From Candidatus Latescibacterota bacterium (GTDB lineage Bacteria; Latescibacterota; UBA2968; UBA8231), in contig CBDCDC010000001.1 in NCBI GenBank assembly GCA_965215195.1, positions 288,001-352,000 on the forward strand: a stretch of DNA of 64,000 bases. The letters are read 5' to 3'. The position numbers and the translations under genes were made by a program. Positions 20,668-30,748 of the stretch are shown here, one piece after another; position 1 is the stretch's first letter; every line of letters starts with the position of its first letter. A model generated the notes under the pieces. It made no database searches and was not told the DNA's origin. It saw only the letters and a program-made list of their open reading frames with translations.

Positions 20668-22902
20668 TCAAAACCTCTGAATATGCCGAGGGTCCTGCTC
20701 TTGGGGCCGTCCGTGCCGGGGGCACGTGCTCGGCAGAACCTCTCCAGCGATGAAGAGCTCCTCTTGCCGATTGGGACAAAAGCGGGTGGCGATCTTGTAG
20801 GTGTCGTTGCAGACCGAGCGGCGCACGACGAGGTCCGTTGGGTACTCGAACCCGCGATTTCTCAGGCTGCGATAGGGTTCCACGCTCGCATACACCTCCT
20901 TCATAAACCGCGCCCACAAAGGCAAGGCCGCCGCAGAGCCGGCCTGCTTCGGCCACAGGCGCAGGCTGGGGTCGTCTAGCCCGACCCAGACCCCAGCTAC
21001 GAGATCGGGGGTGAAGCCGATGAACCACGCATCCGTGTAGTCGTTGGTCGTGCCGGTTTTGCCGGCCGCTTGGGGCCGGAAGTCGTAGGACGTGCGGATG
21101 CGGCGTCCAGTGCCGCCGACTTCATCGACGACCGAGCGCAGCATGTCCGCGACAACCACGGCCACGGCCGGCCGCAGCACCTCCTGCTTGCGACCGCTTT
21201 CCCGCGTAAAAAAGACGTCGCCGTCCTTGCTCTCCAAGCGGCTGATGGCCACAGGCTCAACGTAAATACCCTTGTTGGGGAAAACCGCGTACGCGGCCAC
21301 CAAGTCGAGGAGTAGCACCTCGCTGGTGCCAATGCCGATGGAGGGGATGGCGTGGATGGGCGTGGATATGCCCATGTTGCGGGCGTAGCTCCGAATCAGA
21401 GACGGGCCGAGTTCGTCGGCCAGCTTGATGGCGATGAGGTTGCGCGACTGTTTCAGCCCTTCGCGCAGCGTCATCGGCCCCTTGAACTTCTTGTCGTAAT
21501 TTTCGGGGTTCCAGAACTGCTCGCGCCGGTGGTCCCAGAGCGTAAAGGCATTGTCGTCGAGTATATCTACTGCAAAGCGGTTGTTGTCGATGGCGGCCGT
21601 GAACACAAAGGGTTTGAACGCGGACCCGGGCTGCCGCTTGGCCTGGGTGGCGCGGTTGAATTTGCTGCGGCTGAAGTCGCGGCCCCCAATCATGGCCAAG
21701 ATGTGGCCGGTGGCCGGATCCATAACCACGAAAGCGGCTTGGACTACGGCCGAGTCGCGCACGCTCTGGGCCGCGCCCACGGCTTTTAGATACTGATCTA
21801 CCTTTTTCTGCACCTTGCTTATTTCAATGGCAAAGTGCTTTTCGGCGATCTGCTGCAAGCGCGAGTCGAGGGTGGTGTGGACCACAAAGCCCTCGCGATA
21901 GATGGCCATGCCAAACTCGCGCTGCATCTGCTGGCGGACGTGCTCGACAAAGTACGGGGCTATGCCATAGGTCTCCTCGCGGCTACCCCGGCGGGCGGCG
22001 ATGGGTCTGTTGCACAGGGAATCGCGCTCAGCCGGCGTAATCGCGCCGTTGTCGGCCATGCTGTACAGCACCAGATTGCGGCGCTTGCGGGCGCGTTCCG
22101 GGTGGCGCAGGGGGGTATAATTATTGGGCGCCTTGAGCAGCCCGGCGATCAGGGCACTCTCTGCTAACACGAGCTGATCAACTTCCTTGTCGAAATACAA
22201 GCGCGCCGCCGACTTAATCCCGTAGGCACCGTGGCCGAAATAGACCGTGTTGAGGTACATAGTCATGATCTCGGGCTTGGTGTACAGGCGCTCGATGAAG
22301 ACGGCGGTGATCTGTTCGCGGAACTTGCGCACGTACGTGGCCGCCACATCCGCAAAGGAAGCACTGCTGCGCTGGGTGCCGACTTCGGCGAAGATGTTGC
22401 GGGCGAGCTGCTGGGTGATGGTGCTGCCCCCTTGGCCGACGATGAGCATGTCCCTGAGGTTGGCTAGCACCGATCCGAAGATGCGGCGGCTGTCAATGCC
22501 CCAATGCGAGAAGAAGCGCTGGTCCTCAATCGCGAGGAGGGCGGCCTGCATGGACGCGGGGATTTCCTCATAAGTGACGATTTCGCGGTTTTCCTCGAGG
22601 AAGTCCTGCAAGTGGCGGCCATCGGCCGAATACACGTTGGTGACCCGCTTGGGCTGGAAGCTCCAATCGTCGATGTCGGGCAAGTTGTCGTTGAAGATCA
22701 GATAAGCCCCCACGCCGACAACCGCGTACAAGGCGAAGAAGCAAGCAGTGTAGATCAGCAGCTTCTTGAGCAGTGAGAGGCTAACCGCGCCTTTTGCCCC
22801 TTCTACTACCTTGCCCAGAAGCTCTCTATTCACATTGCTCAGTAAGCGGCCAATCGCACGTCTCGCTCCTTCTACCACCCTGCCCAGAAGCTCTCTATTC
22901 AT
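20668..22902 (-). CDS. mrcA: Class A penicillin-binding protein 1A
   Basis: Transglycosylase EDQRFFSH and GGSTITQQLA; transpeptidase SAFK, SRN and KTGT. Confidence 0.92.
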   Translation of the reverse strand: MNRELLGRVVEGARRAIGRLLSNVNRELLGKVVEGAKGAVSLSLLKKLLIYTACFFALYAVVGVGAYLIFNDNLPDIDDWSFQPKRVTNVYSADGRHLQDFLEENREIVTYEEIPASMQAALLAIEDQRFFSHWGIDSRRIFGSVLANLRDMLIVGQGGSTITQQLARNIFAEVGTQRSSASFADVAATYVRKFREQITAVFIERLYTKPEIMTMYLNTVYFGHGAYGIKSAARLYFDKEVDQLVLAESALIAGLLKAPNNYTPLRHPERARKRRNLVLYSMADNGAITPAERDSLCNRPIAARRGSREETYGIAPYFVEHVRQQMQREFGMAIYREGFVVHTTLDSRLQQIAEKHFAIEISKVQKKVDQYLKAVGAAQSVRDSAVVQAAFVVMDPATGHILAMIGGRDFSRSKFNRATQAKRQPGSAFKPFVFTAAIDNNRFAVDILDDNAFTLWDHRREQFWNPENYDKKFKGPMTLREGLKQSRNLIAIKLADELGPSLIRSYARNMGISTPIHAIPSIGIGTSEVLLLDLVAAYAVFPNKGIYVEPVAISRLESKDGDVFFTRESGRKQEVLRPAVAVVVADMLRSVVDEVGGTGRRIRTSYDFRPQAAGKTGTTNDYTDAWFIGFTPDLVAGVWVGLDDPSLRLWPKQAGSAAALPLWARFMKEVYASVEPYRSLRNRGFEYPTDLVVRRSVCNDTYKIATRFCPNRQEELFIAGEVLPSTCPRHGRPQEQDPRHIQRF

Positions 22903-25900
22903 AGTAGCCCTTGACCCAGCGCGTGTTGTATTCCTGCAGGTATTCTAAGTGCGCGCTGGTTTGCGGATAGTGCTCGCTCGCCGGGTACGGGTAGCCGGAC
23001 ATGCTGTGAAAGGGCAGCGGCCCGACCGTTAGCGAGTGCGCCGAGTGCAGGTCCATGTCCTTGCCAAAGCCATCGGCGTACAGCAGGAACGAACGCACGA
23101 GACCAGCCGCGGGCGGCGGCAAGGCGGCGAACTCAACGGTCAGTTCGTCGCCGTGGAACATGATGACAAAGCGGTCGTCAATGTCCTCGACCAGCTCCTC
23201 CACCGGGCCGAAGCGGGTGAAGGCTCCGGCGTGGGTGCCCCAAGGCGCTTCTAAGGCCAACTGATCGTAGTGGTAGCGGAAAGCAAAGGTGCCCTTGATG
23301 GACGTGTGGGCCGGGTAGCCGCGCCAGTGGAGATTGCTCCGCGCCGGTTGCAGGCGTTGGATTGTGAGGGGAACATCCGCAGCGTCGCCCACGAGCAGTT
23401 GGTCCCAGTAGAGCGCGGTGTTAGTCTCGATCCGCAGCCGGTAGTCGTCGGACGGGAACAGGCCGGCGAGGTCGAAGAGCGCGTGTTTGGGCAGGCCGGC
23501 CGGGCACCCCATATCCGCGCTGACTTCGACCCACCCCCCCTCGCCATCGGCTACGGACAAACGCGGCGGATACAGGGACAAGCCGCGCTGCGCCGCGCTC
23601 CAATTGGAAGTCGAATGCGCGTAGTCAACCCAGCCGTAGCCGAGCAAGACCGGATGGGCGAATTCGGACAGGTCGCCCAAGTTCAGCTCTAGGGCATGGT
23701 CTTCGGCATAGCCGTGTATGTCGAGCCGCGCGAATCCATCGCACCACTCGTCGTCGATCTCTTGCAGGGCGGCCAACACATCCGCGCCCCGATGGTCTTG
23801 GGCGGCCACCGGCGGGCGCAGCCCCCGCAGGGGATACAGCTTGAACTCTGGATAGGGCGGCGCCGAGAGCAGGCGCTCGTTGGGATATACGTCGAACTCG
23901 GGCGGATGATCGACAGCCACTAGTTCGAGGGCATCGACGTAAATGATTTCCTCGAGCTGGTTGGCTAGCTGCAAGACATAGTGGCCGTCTTTGGGGCCAG
24001 CGGCCCCAAGCGGACGTACTCGTCGGTGTCGGGCTGGTAGTACTGGCCCGGGGCGGTCAAATAGCCAATGATGGCCCCCCCTAAAATGTCGGTGACAAAG
24101 CGATAGCGCTCGCCATCCCAAGCGTAGAGAATGGGGCACGAAGTGCCCTTGCGGTCGAGCTCGGTCAGCTCCAGCCGCTGTCCGGCCCCGGTGGCCAACT
24201 CGGTCTGGCGCACGCCCCCGGGCCAGAGGATGCGGACGAATTCGACCGAGTCGCTCTGGGCCAAGCCGAAGTGAAGCGCGCCCGCGTATCCCTCGCTGCG
24301 GATCTCGCGCTTCTGCAGGCGGTGGGTGGTTTTCACCTCCACCTTGGCCCCCACGCCGTCGCGGTTGCTGTTGAGTCCTTGGGCGGCAATCTCGATCCAG
24401 TGCCCGCCCTCGCTTTGATTGTGCAGCACCCGGCCACCCGCCCAAATATCCACGCGGCCATCGCCGTTGAAATCGGCCATGAGCGCAGCCCCACCCGGCT
24501 CGTCGAGTGCGGGTTGCGGCTGGAACTGGCCGCCGCTGTACGCGAGCGGTTGCAGCCGCTCGTCCGCGCAGGCGAGCAGGTCGAGGTCGCCGTCGTTGTC
24601 GAGGTCGGCGGGGAGCAGTGCCCTGCCGCTGGTCGCCGCCGCCGCGGCCCGGACGAAGGCGCGGCCGGTTTGATTGATATGCGTCTCTACGCTGCCGCTA
24701 GTCGCGATAGCCAAGTCCATATAGCCATCTTGGTCGAAGTCCTCGACGGCCAAGCCCGCGCCCTGCACCGCACCCAAGCCCAAGGCCGCGGCGATTTCCG
24801 CGAACGTGCCGTCGCGATTGTTGGTTTGCACTTGCAGGCCCTCGGCCGCGAGGAGGACGATGTCCACGTCGCGATCGTTGTCGAGGTCGGAGAATACAGC
24901 GCGATCCGCCGCGACCGGACCGGCTGGTTGGCCCGTGGCCGCGAAGCGAGCCTCCCCGTCGTTGGCCAGCAGCGAGACGCGCGGGCCGAGCACCAGCAGA
25001 TCGAGGTCGCCGTCGTGGTCGGCATCGCCCAGCGCGACACCGGTTGAGGCCACGGACAGGTCTTCGCCGGCGGCCCATTGGCCGTTGGCCGCTCGATAGA
25101 GCAGAGTTCCGCCCGCACCGCTGAGGACCAAGTCGGCGGCCCCGTCGTTGTTGAGGTCGCCGGAGATCGCGCCGGTCGCTCCAAAGCCATCGGGGAGGAT
25201 CGGGGCGGGGAGCATTTCCCCTGTGCCACCGGCGTACAGGCGCAAGCCCTCGGCCCCGGCCAAGACGTCTGGCCGACCATCCGCGTCAAAGTCGCCCAAG
25301 GCGGCAAAGCGCATCGGGCCAGTCGCCGGGCCAGCCGCGGCAAAGGCAAAAGGCCCGGCCACGTCGTCCCGACTCGGATCGCCGCCACCGGCGTCGGCGA
25401 CGGCCTCGGCGTATTTGCCCTGCCCCTGATAGGACGAAGAAACGCCTTGGTGGCCGGCTTGGCTGAGCTGGTTGAAGTGCTCCAAGGTGCTTTTCCACTC
25501 CTCCTCGCGCCCGAGCCGCCGGTAGAGATTGGCCAACCCGTAATAGGCCGACACATTGTAGGGATCGAGGCGGATGGCCTCCTTGAAATCGGCGATGGCG
25601 GCCTCGCCCTCGTTTAGCTTGGCCCGCATCTGCCCCATGTAGTAGCGCACATGGGGGTCGTCGCGGTCGGCGGCCGCGACCTTTTGCAAGGCCGCGAGCG
25701 CTTTGCCGTGCTCCCGGCCTTGGGCGTTGTAGATCAGGCCCAGCGCGTAGTTGGCGTGGAGCAGCTCGGGATCGATGGCGAGGGAAGTTTGCAGGGCCGT
25801 GGCGGCGCTGTCGTACTTGCCGAGGGCATAGTACGCAATGCCTAAATTGGCCCGCGCCCTAGCGTAGTCCGGAGCCAAGGCAAGGGCGCGGGCAAACTCT

Positions 25901-26055
25901 TCCCGGCCGCGCGTGTAGTTGTGTTGATCCATGTACACCACGCCCTGATTGTTGTGCCAGCGCACCTTGGGCGGCCAAGCCGGCGGCCCCTGCTGACAGG
26001 CCACTCCCAAGAGGGCCGCGACGAGAGGCAGCACCTTGACGCTTGTACGGGGCAT
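22895..26055 (-). CDS. TPR + FG-GAP + ASPIC/UnbV (CRTAC1-like) lipoprotein split by a -1 frameshift at about 23990
   Basis: ORF 23965-26055 (lipobox GVAC, TPRs, DxDxDG repeats, NRDGVGAKV, LHFGL, SCPILYAWDG) continues in the -1 frame as KDGHYVLQL...YNTR to 22895. Confidence 0.85.
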
Positions 26056-26092
26056 GGTTATATTTTCTCCTTTCATAGCGGTCAATTTTCGA

Positions 26093-26168
26093 GCGAGAGT
26101 AGCTCAGTTGGTAGAGCTCCACGTTGCCAACGTGGTTGTCGCGGGTTCGAGTCCCGTCTCTCGCTCCA
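26093..26168 (+). tRNA. tRNA-Gly (GCC)
   Basis: GCGAGAG/CTCTCGC acceptor stem, AGCTCAGTTGGTAGAGC D arm, CCACG-TTGCCAA-CGTGG anticodon arm, GGTTCGAGTCC T arm, encoded CCA. Confidence 0.97.
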
Positions 26169-26210
26169 TTTTTTTGCCTTCTCAAAAATATAGCTAAAGG
26201 CCCTCTGGGG

Positions 26211-26247
26211 AAAAGGCCGATCCGTTGGCGCGGATCGGCCTTTTTTT
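26211..26247. terminator. Bidirectional intrinsic terminator
   Basis: aaaaggccgatccg-ttggcg-cggatcggcc-ttttttt lies between the convergent tRNA and MMPL genes. Confidence 0.9.
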
Positions 26248-26429
26248 AGCTAATGGCGGACCTGAGCCAAGCTCAGCACTTGGACCGCCTTCCCCCGCTG
26301 GCGCAGCGTCTCCAAGCCGCGGCGAGCCGGGCTGTCGGGGGCAAATCGCCCCAGATATTGAGCTTGCCGGTCTGGTAGTAGGTGGCCGCGCCGGCCGCAG
26401 CCAAGCCGACAATGCCGACGCGCATGGGG

Positions 26430-28823
26430 CTAGAGCTTCTCAGCGCGGCGCTCGCGGATTTGCAGCAGGGCCGGCAGTAGGGTGACGGACGTGATAAAAC
26501 AGGACCCCAAGCCCACCAGCGAGAGCACGCCAATCGACGAGAGCGCCGGATGGATGGCCGGCACCAATCCCGAGAAGCCGACCATCGTCGTCAGGGAAGT
26601 AGCCAACAGCGCGACCCCGGTCGTGCGCAACACCAAGCGCAGGGAGCCGCGGCCGACCTCTTGGTAGCGGTGGAAGATGTGGACGCTGTTGTCAATGCCC
26701 ATGCCGATGATGGTCGGGAAGGCCACCATGTTGTAGAGGTTGAGCTTGATGTCAAACGCATACATGAAGCCCACGACCCACACCAAGGCGTTCACAAGCG
26801 GCGTGAGCACCAGCAGGGCATTGACCAAACTCCGCAGGTCAATGAGCAGCACCACCGCTACTACCGCGAGCGTGAGGATCACGGCGAGGGAGCTGTCTTC
26901 GAGCATGACCTTGAGCATTTCGGCGACGATGATGTGCGAGCTAGAGGCTATGTAGGTCGTGCCCGTCGGCGTTTCAATGCGGCTGATTTCCTCGGCAAAG
27001 CGGATGGCGTCTTTCCCGTCCTTGAGCTCGACCGCGGCGTTGATCGCCACGAAGTTGAGGATGTTGCCGTCCTTGTCCTTGAACTCGTTGGTCAAGTCCG
27101 CAGGCAGGTCGTAGAGCGTTAGCTTCTCCACGTTGAGGTACGGGCGCAGCGAATCCAGTTTAGCCCGCTCGCTCTCGCTGAACAGGCCCTCTTCCCGGTC
27201 GAGCAAGGCGCGAATGTCGGCGATGAGCGCCAGCTTGTCGTCTTGGTCTTGCGGCAGGGCCGAGTACACGCTCTTGACGCTGAGGACCGTAGAGGAGTCG
27301 CCGTGAGCGGCCTTGATGCGCTCAACCGTGCGCACCACCTCCATGGCCTCGTCGTAGCTTTCGGTCAGGACGATGGCCGGCGAGCGGCCCTCCTTCAGGC
27401 TCTGGGGCAGGCTGCCCTTGTTGATGTTGGGCGGCGGCGCGGGCTTGAGCTTGCTGAAGTCGTATTCAAATTCCAAAGCGCCGAGGTGGTACAGGGAGTA
27501 CCCGGTGATCACCGCACCTATCAGCAAGGTAGCCCAAGGCTTTGGGTAGCGGCCGGTGCGCCACAGGACGCTTCGCTTGCGGATCGGGATGATCCACCGC
27601 AGGCGCTCGGCGAGGACGATGAAGGCCGGGCATATAGCGACCATGGCCACCAGCGAGAACAGGATGCCGGTGCCCACGATAAAGCCGAACTCCGAGAAGC
27701 CCTTAAAATCCGTCAACAGCAGCGAATAAAAGGCGACCGAAGTAGTGAGCGCGGTCGTCGTAAGGGCCTTGCCCGTGTGCCGCACGGTCACGGTCAGGGC
27801 CTGTTCGATGTCCATGCCTCGGCGGCGGGCCTCGCGGTAGCGGGCGAAGATGTGAATGCCAAAGTCGATGCCCAGCCCAAAGAGGATGGCGAAAAGCCCC
27901 ACGGTGATCATGTTGAGGCTGCCGATGGCCAAGTAGGTGACGCCAAAAGTCCACGTCAAACTCATCAGCAGCGGCAAGGTGATGAAGAGCGAGCCAATCA
28001 CCTGGCGGAAGAACAGGGTGATGAGCAAGAGCACGCCGACGATGCTGTACAAGGCCGTTGACTTGAGGTCTCGCATAATGATCGTGAATTGGTTGGCGCT
28101 GTTTTGGAAACTGCCCTTGTACACGCATTCAATGCTGGGATGGAAGCGCTGCGGGCCAATGGCGGCAATGGTCTGGTCGAGGTGGTCGATCAGGGCCTGC
28201 GAGAAGACGACGTCCGTGGTGAGCCCGGCCGGATAGAGCCGCAGGATGACGCCGTTGCCCTCTCGCGTGAGGAAGTACTGGCGATATTGCTCGGCGACCG
28301 CTGCGCCATCCTGCTGGTACTTGGCCTCGATATCCGCAAAGTCGAGCACTTGCTCTTCCTCGTCGTCAAAGGCAAAGTAGAGCGGCGACTGCTTGAGCTT
28401 TTGCAACGCTACGTGTTCGTCGAGGCGGCGGCTGATTTCTCGCAGGTCCTCTAAGTCCATGTAGAGGAGCTGGTTTTTTTCGAGGAGATCCTTTTTGCTG
28501 TCGAGGCGGCTCACCGAGCTAATCAGCGGGCTGTGCTCGAGCGAATCGGCCAAGACCAGCATGAAGGAAACGGCCGCGCCCAAGTCGTCGCTGGTAATGA
28601 CGACCATCAGCGGGCCGATGCCGCCGATGCGCGCCTTGATGCGATTGAGTTCGCTAACGCTGACGTACTCGTCGGACAGCAGATCGGCGAAGTCGGTCTT
28701 GATGTTTTGGGCCAGCTTGGCGGCAAAAAATCCGGCAAATACCGACAGCACCGTGGCCAGCGCGATTATGCCGATGTAGTGGTGGTAGATGTAGCGGACC
28801 AAGCGCTGGTGGCTTATGGGCAT
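26430..28823 (-). CDS. MMPL/RND family transporter (HpnN-like)
   Basis: Two RND halves with GLGIDFGIH and GMGIDNSVH motifs; about 12 TM segments. Confidence 0.9.
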   Translation of the reverse strand: MPISHQRLVRYIYHHYIGIIALATVLSVFAGFFAAKLAQNIKTDFADLLSDEYVSVSELNRIKARIGGIGPLMVVITSDDLGAAVSFMLVLADSLEHSPLISSVSRLDSKKDLLEKNQLLYMDLEDLREISRRLDEHVALQKLKQSPLYFAFDDEEEQVLDFADIEAKYQQDGAAVAEQYRQYFLTREGNGVILRLYPAGLTTDVVFSQALIDHLDQTIAAIGPQRFHPSIECVYKGSFQNSANQFTIIMRDLKSTALYSIVGVLLLITLFFRQVIGSLFITLPLLMSLTWTFGVTYLAIGSLNMITVGLFAILFGLGIDFGIHIFARYREARRRGMDIEQALTVTVRHTGKALTTTALTTSVAFYSLLLTDFKGFSEFGFIVGTGILFSLVAMVAICPAFIVLAERLRWIIPIRKRSVLWRTGRYPKPWATLLIGAVITGYSLYHLGALEFEYDFSKLKPAPPPNINKGSLPQSLKEGRSPAIVLTESYDEAMEVVRTVERIKAAHGDSSTVLSVKSVYSALPQDQDDKLALIADIRALLDREEGLFSESERAKLDSLRPYLNVEKLTLYDLPADLTNEFKDKDGNILNFVAINAAVELKDGKDAIRFAEEISRIETPTGTTYIASSSHIIVAEMLKVMLEDSSLAVILTLAVVAVVLLIDLRSLVNALLVLTPLVNALVWVVGFMYAFDIKLNLYNMVAFPTIIGMGIDNSVHIFHRYQEVGRGSLRLVLRTTGVALLATSLTTMVGFSGLVPAIHPALSSIGVLSLVGLGSCFITSVTLLPALLQIRERRAEKL

Positions 28824-28832
28824 GGCGAAGGG

Positions 28833-29456
28833 TTAATCCCGGGTTGCACCGCCTGAAGGCGGCGAGAGAGCCGCTTCGCGCAGGCGGGCCAACTGCTTGT
28901 CGAGCTGGGCGATTAGCCGCTCGTAGCCATTCTTCTCGATGTAGCGGGCATAGCGCCGCCGGTTGCCCTCGGCCGTGCTGACGCCGTCGATGACCAAGTC
29001 GTATATCCGCCACAAACCCTCTACCCGATGGAGCTTGTACTCGATCTCTATTTGCTCATCCCGCACCGGTGCCAGCGCTTGGACGACAGCCGCGTCCCCT
29101 TGCACCTCGGCCGACTCGTAGCGGAACTCGCCCTCGCGGTAGTAGCGGGAGAAGCTGGCAAAATTCTGCTCGCGGATGATGCTGCTGAAGGTCTCGGCGA
29201 AGTGGTCGCGCTCGGCCGGGGAGCGTTTTTCCCAGTAGTCCCCCAAGGCGAGGCGGCTCAATTCCCGGAAGTCAAAGGCCGCGTTGATGTGCTTTTTGAT
29301 CTCTTCCCGCACGGCCGGGGGCAGGGAGTCGGCCGGTGCGGCGGCGAGGATGGCCTGCACCTCGGCATCGTGGCTTTTGAGGAAGGCGATGGGATCGTCC
29401 TCTGCGGCCGCGCTGGCCGCCGCTGCGGCGCAGAGGGCGCACCATAGCATTTTCAT
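28833..29456 (-). CDS. MlaC/Ttg2D (HpnM-like) periplasmic lipid-binding protein
   Basis: Signal peptide, FDFRELSRLALG.YW and WRIYDLVIDGVS motifs. Confidence 0.88.
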   Translation of the reverse strand: MKMLWCALCAAAAASAAAEDDPIAFLKSHDAEVQAILAAAPADSLPPAVREEIKKHINAAFDFRELSRLALGDYWEKRSPAERDHFAETFSSIIREQNFASFSRYYREGEFRYESAEVQGDAAVVQALAPVRDEQIEIEYKLHRVEGLWRIYDLVIDGVSTAEGNRRRYARYIEKNGYERLIAQLDKQLARLREAALSPPSGGATRD

Positions 29457-30748
29457 TGCGAATTCTCCTCTAGTAGGTACGCGCCGTTGGGAGCGGGGAG
29501 TCCGCCGCAGTAGTTGGCGACGCGCCCGCCGTCAAAGGCTTGGCGCGTCCAGACTCGCAGGTCTGCGTAGTACGCTTCGGCGTATGAGCGGGTCGAGTTG
29601 GCGTCTGTCAGCAGCCCCAAGCCGATGGTGCGCTTGGCCGGCCGACCGCCGAGCTTTTCCCGGTGGTGCTTCTCCAAGTCGACGACCTCAAAGGTCCATT
29701 TGCCCAAATTGGTCGCGCCGCTTTCGACGACGAAAAACCAAGGCCGGAATATCTTGTCGCGCCTCCCCACCGTGCCTTCGGGCAAGGTCGTGCTCCACAC
29801 GTATTTGAGCTGTTTGGGGACCCCCAGCCAATTCTTGGAGAAGATGACGTACACGCCGGCCGCGCTGTCGTTGGCGTCGTCGAGGAACTCGTTGCCGCCC
29901 AGCGGCAGGGCCGCGGCCCGCCAGCACCAAGTCATAATCGGGTACTGGCGGGGATTCCAGTGGACTAATTTTCCCACGATGACCGAGTGGCTCGAATCGC
30001 GCGCCGCCATGTAGCGCCGCGGGCGGCCCTCTATGCGGTAGAGCACGGGTTTGTGGCGGTCCTTTTTCTTCCACGGCCCCCAGTCCATGGGCCGGGACCC
30101 GTTCCACGTAGCGGCAAAGTCGTCGAGGACGACAAACTCGCGCTCGGCGAGCTGGGCTTCGAGCACTTGCGGAGAATAGCGGCCGTTGAGGATGGCTCGG
30201 TGGCGCCGTCGGTAGTGGCCGGAGAGGGGCTGGCCGTCGATCTTGAGCTCGGTCGCTTTCCACGTTCCGGCCACTGAGATCAAGTCGGCCTCAACGGCGA
30301 CAGTGCGATCTGCAAACAGAGCGCGGAACACGGCTCGCCCCTGCCGTCCGCTCACCTCGAAACGCTCTATCTGCACTTCGTCCAAGCCGGCGAGCTGGGC
30401 GACCAGATCCGCGCGGAGGCGGTGCTGGTACGCCCGCAGTACGCGGCTGCGATGGTGTTCGACGAGATCCTTAAAGCGCGGAGGCGGGAGCAGGTCTTGG
30501 TACGCATGGAGCGACTTTGCCAGATAGCCCCGAAAGGTCGCGGCCGCCAGCGAATCCAACGCCAGATTCTCGCGCACCAACTGCTCGGCCATTTTGGCGT
30601 GCAAGCCATCCGAGTCGAGCAGCGCGTTTAGCTGGTCCACGACCGCGAACAGCCCGCTCGCGTCAGCCCACCCATCATCTGGGCTAACCAACCCCAAAGA
30701 CAAGCACAACAGCAGGGCCGCGCTAAGGCGGCGAGAGAATCGCTTCAT
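29453..30748 (-). CDS. MlaC-like domain fused to a DUF3047-like domain
   Basis: The N-half ends WKATELKIDGQPLSGHYR (MlaC-like). The C-half has YPIMTWCW, DDANDSAAGVYVIF, LKYVWS and LLTDANST (DUF3047-like). Confidence 0.7.
   Translation of the reverse strand: MKRFSRRLSAALLLCLSLGLVSPDDGWADASGLFAVVDQLNALLDSDGLHAKMAEQLVRENLALDSLAAATFRGYLAKSLHAYQDLLPPPRFKDLVEHHRSRVLRAYQHRLRADLVAQLAGLDEVQIERFEVSGRQGRAVFRALFADRTVAVEADLISVAGTWKATELKIDGQPLSGHYRRRHRAILNGRYSPQVLEAQLAEREFVVLDDFAATWNGSRPMDWGPWKKKDRHKPVLYRIEGRPRRYMAARDSSHSVIVGKLVHWNPRQYPIMTWCWRAAALPLGGNEFLDDANDSAAGVYVIFSKNWLGVPKQLKYVWSTTLPEGTVGRRDKIFRPWFFVVESGATNLGKWTFEVVDLEKHHREKLGGRPAKRTIGLGLLTDANSTRSYAEAYYADLRVWTRQAFDGGRVANYCGGLPAPNGAYLLEENSQ

Noticed and set aside
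26093-26168. tRNA-anchored prophage or island
   Set aside because: No integrase and no duplicated tRNA 3' end in the window.
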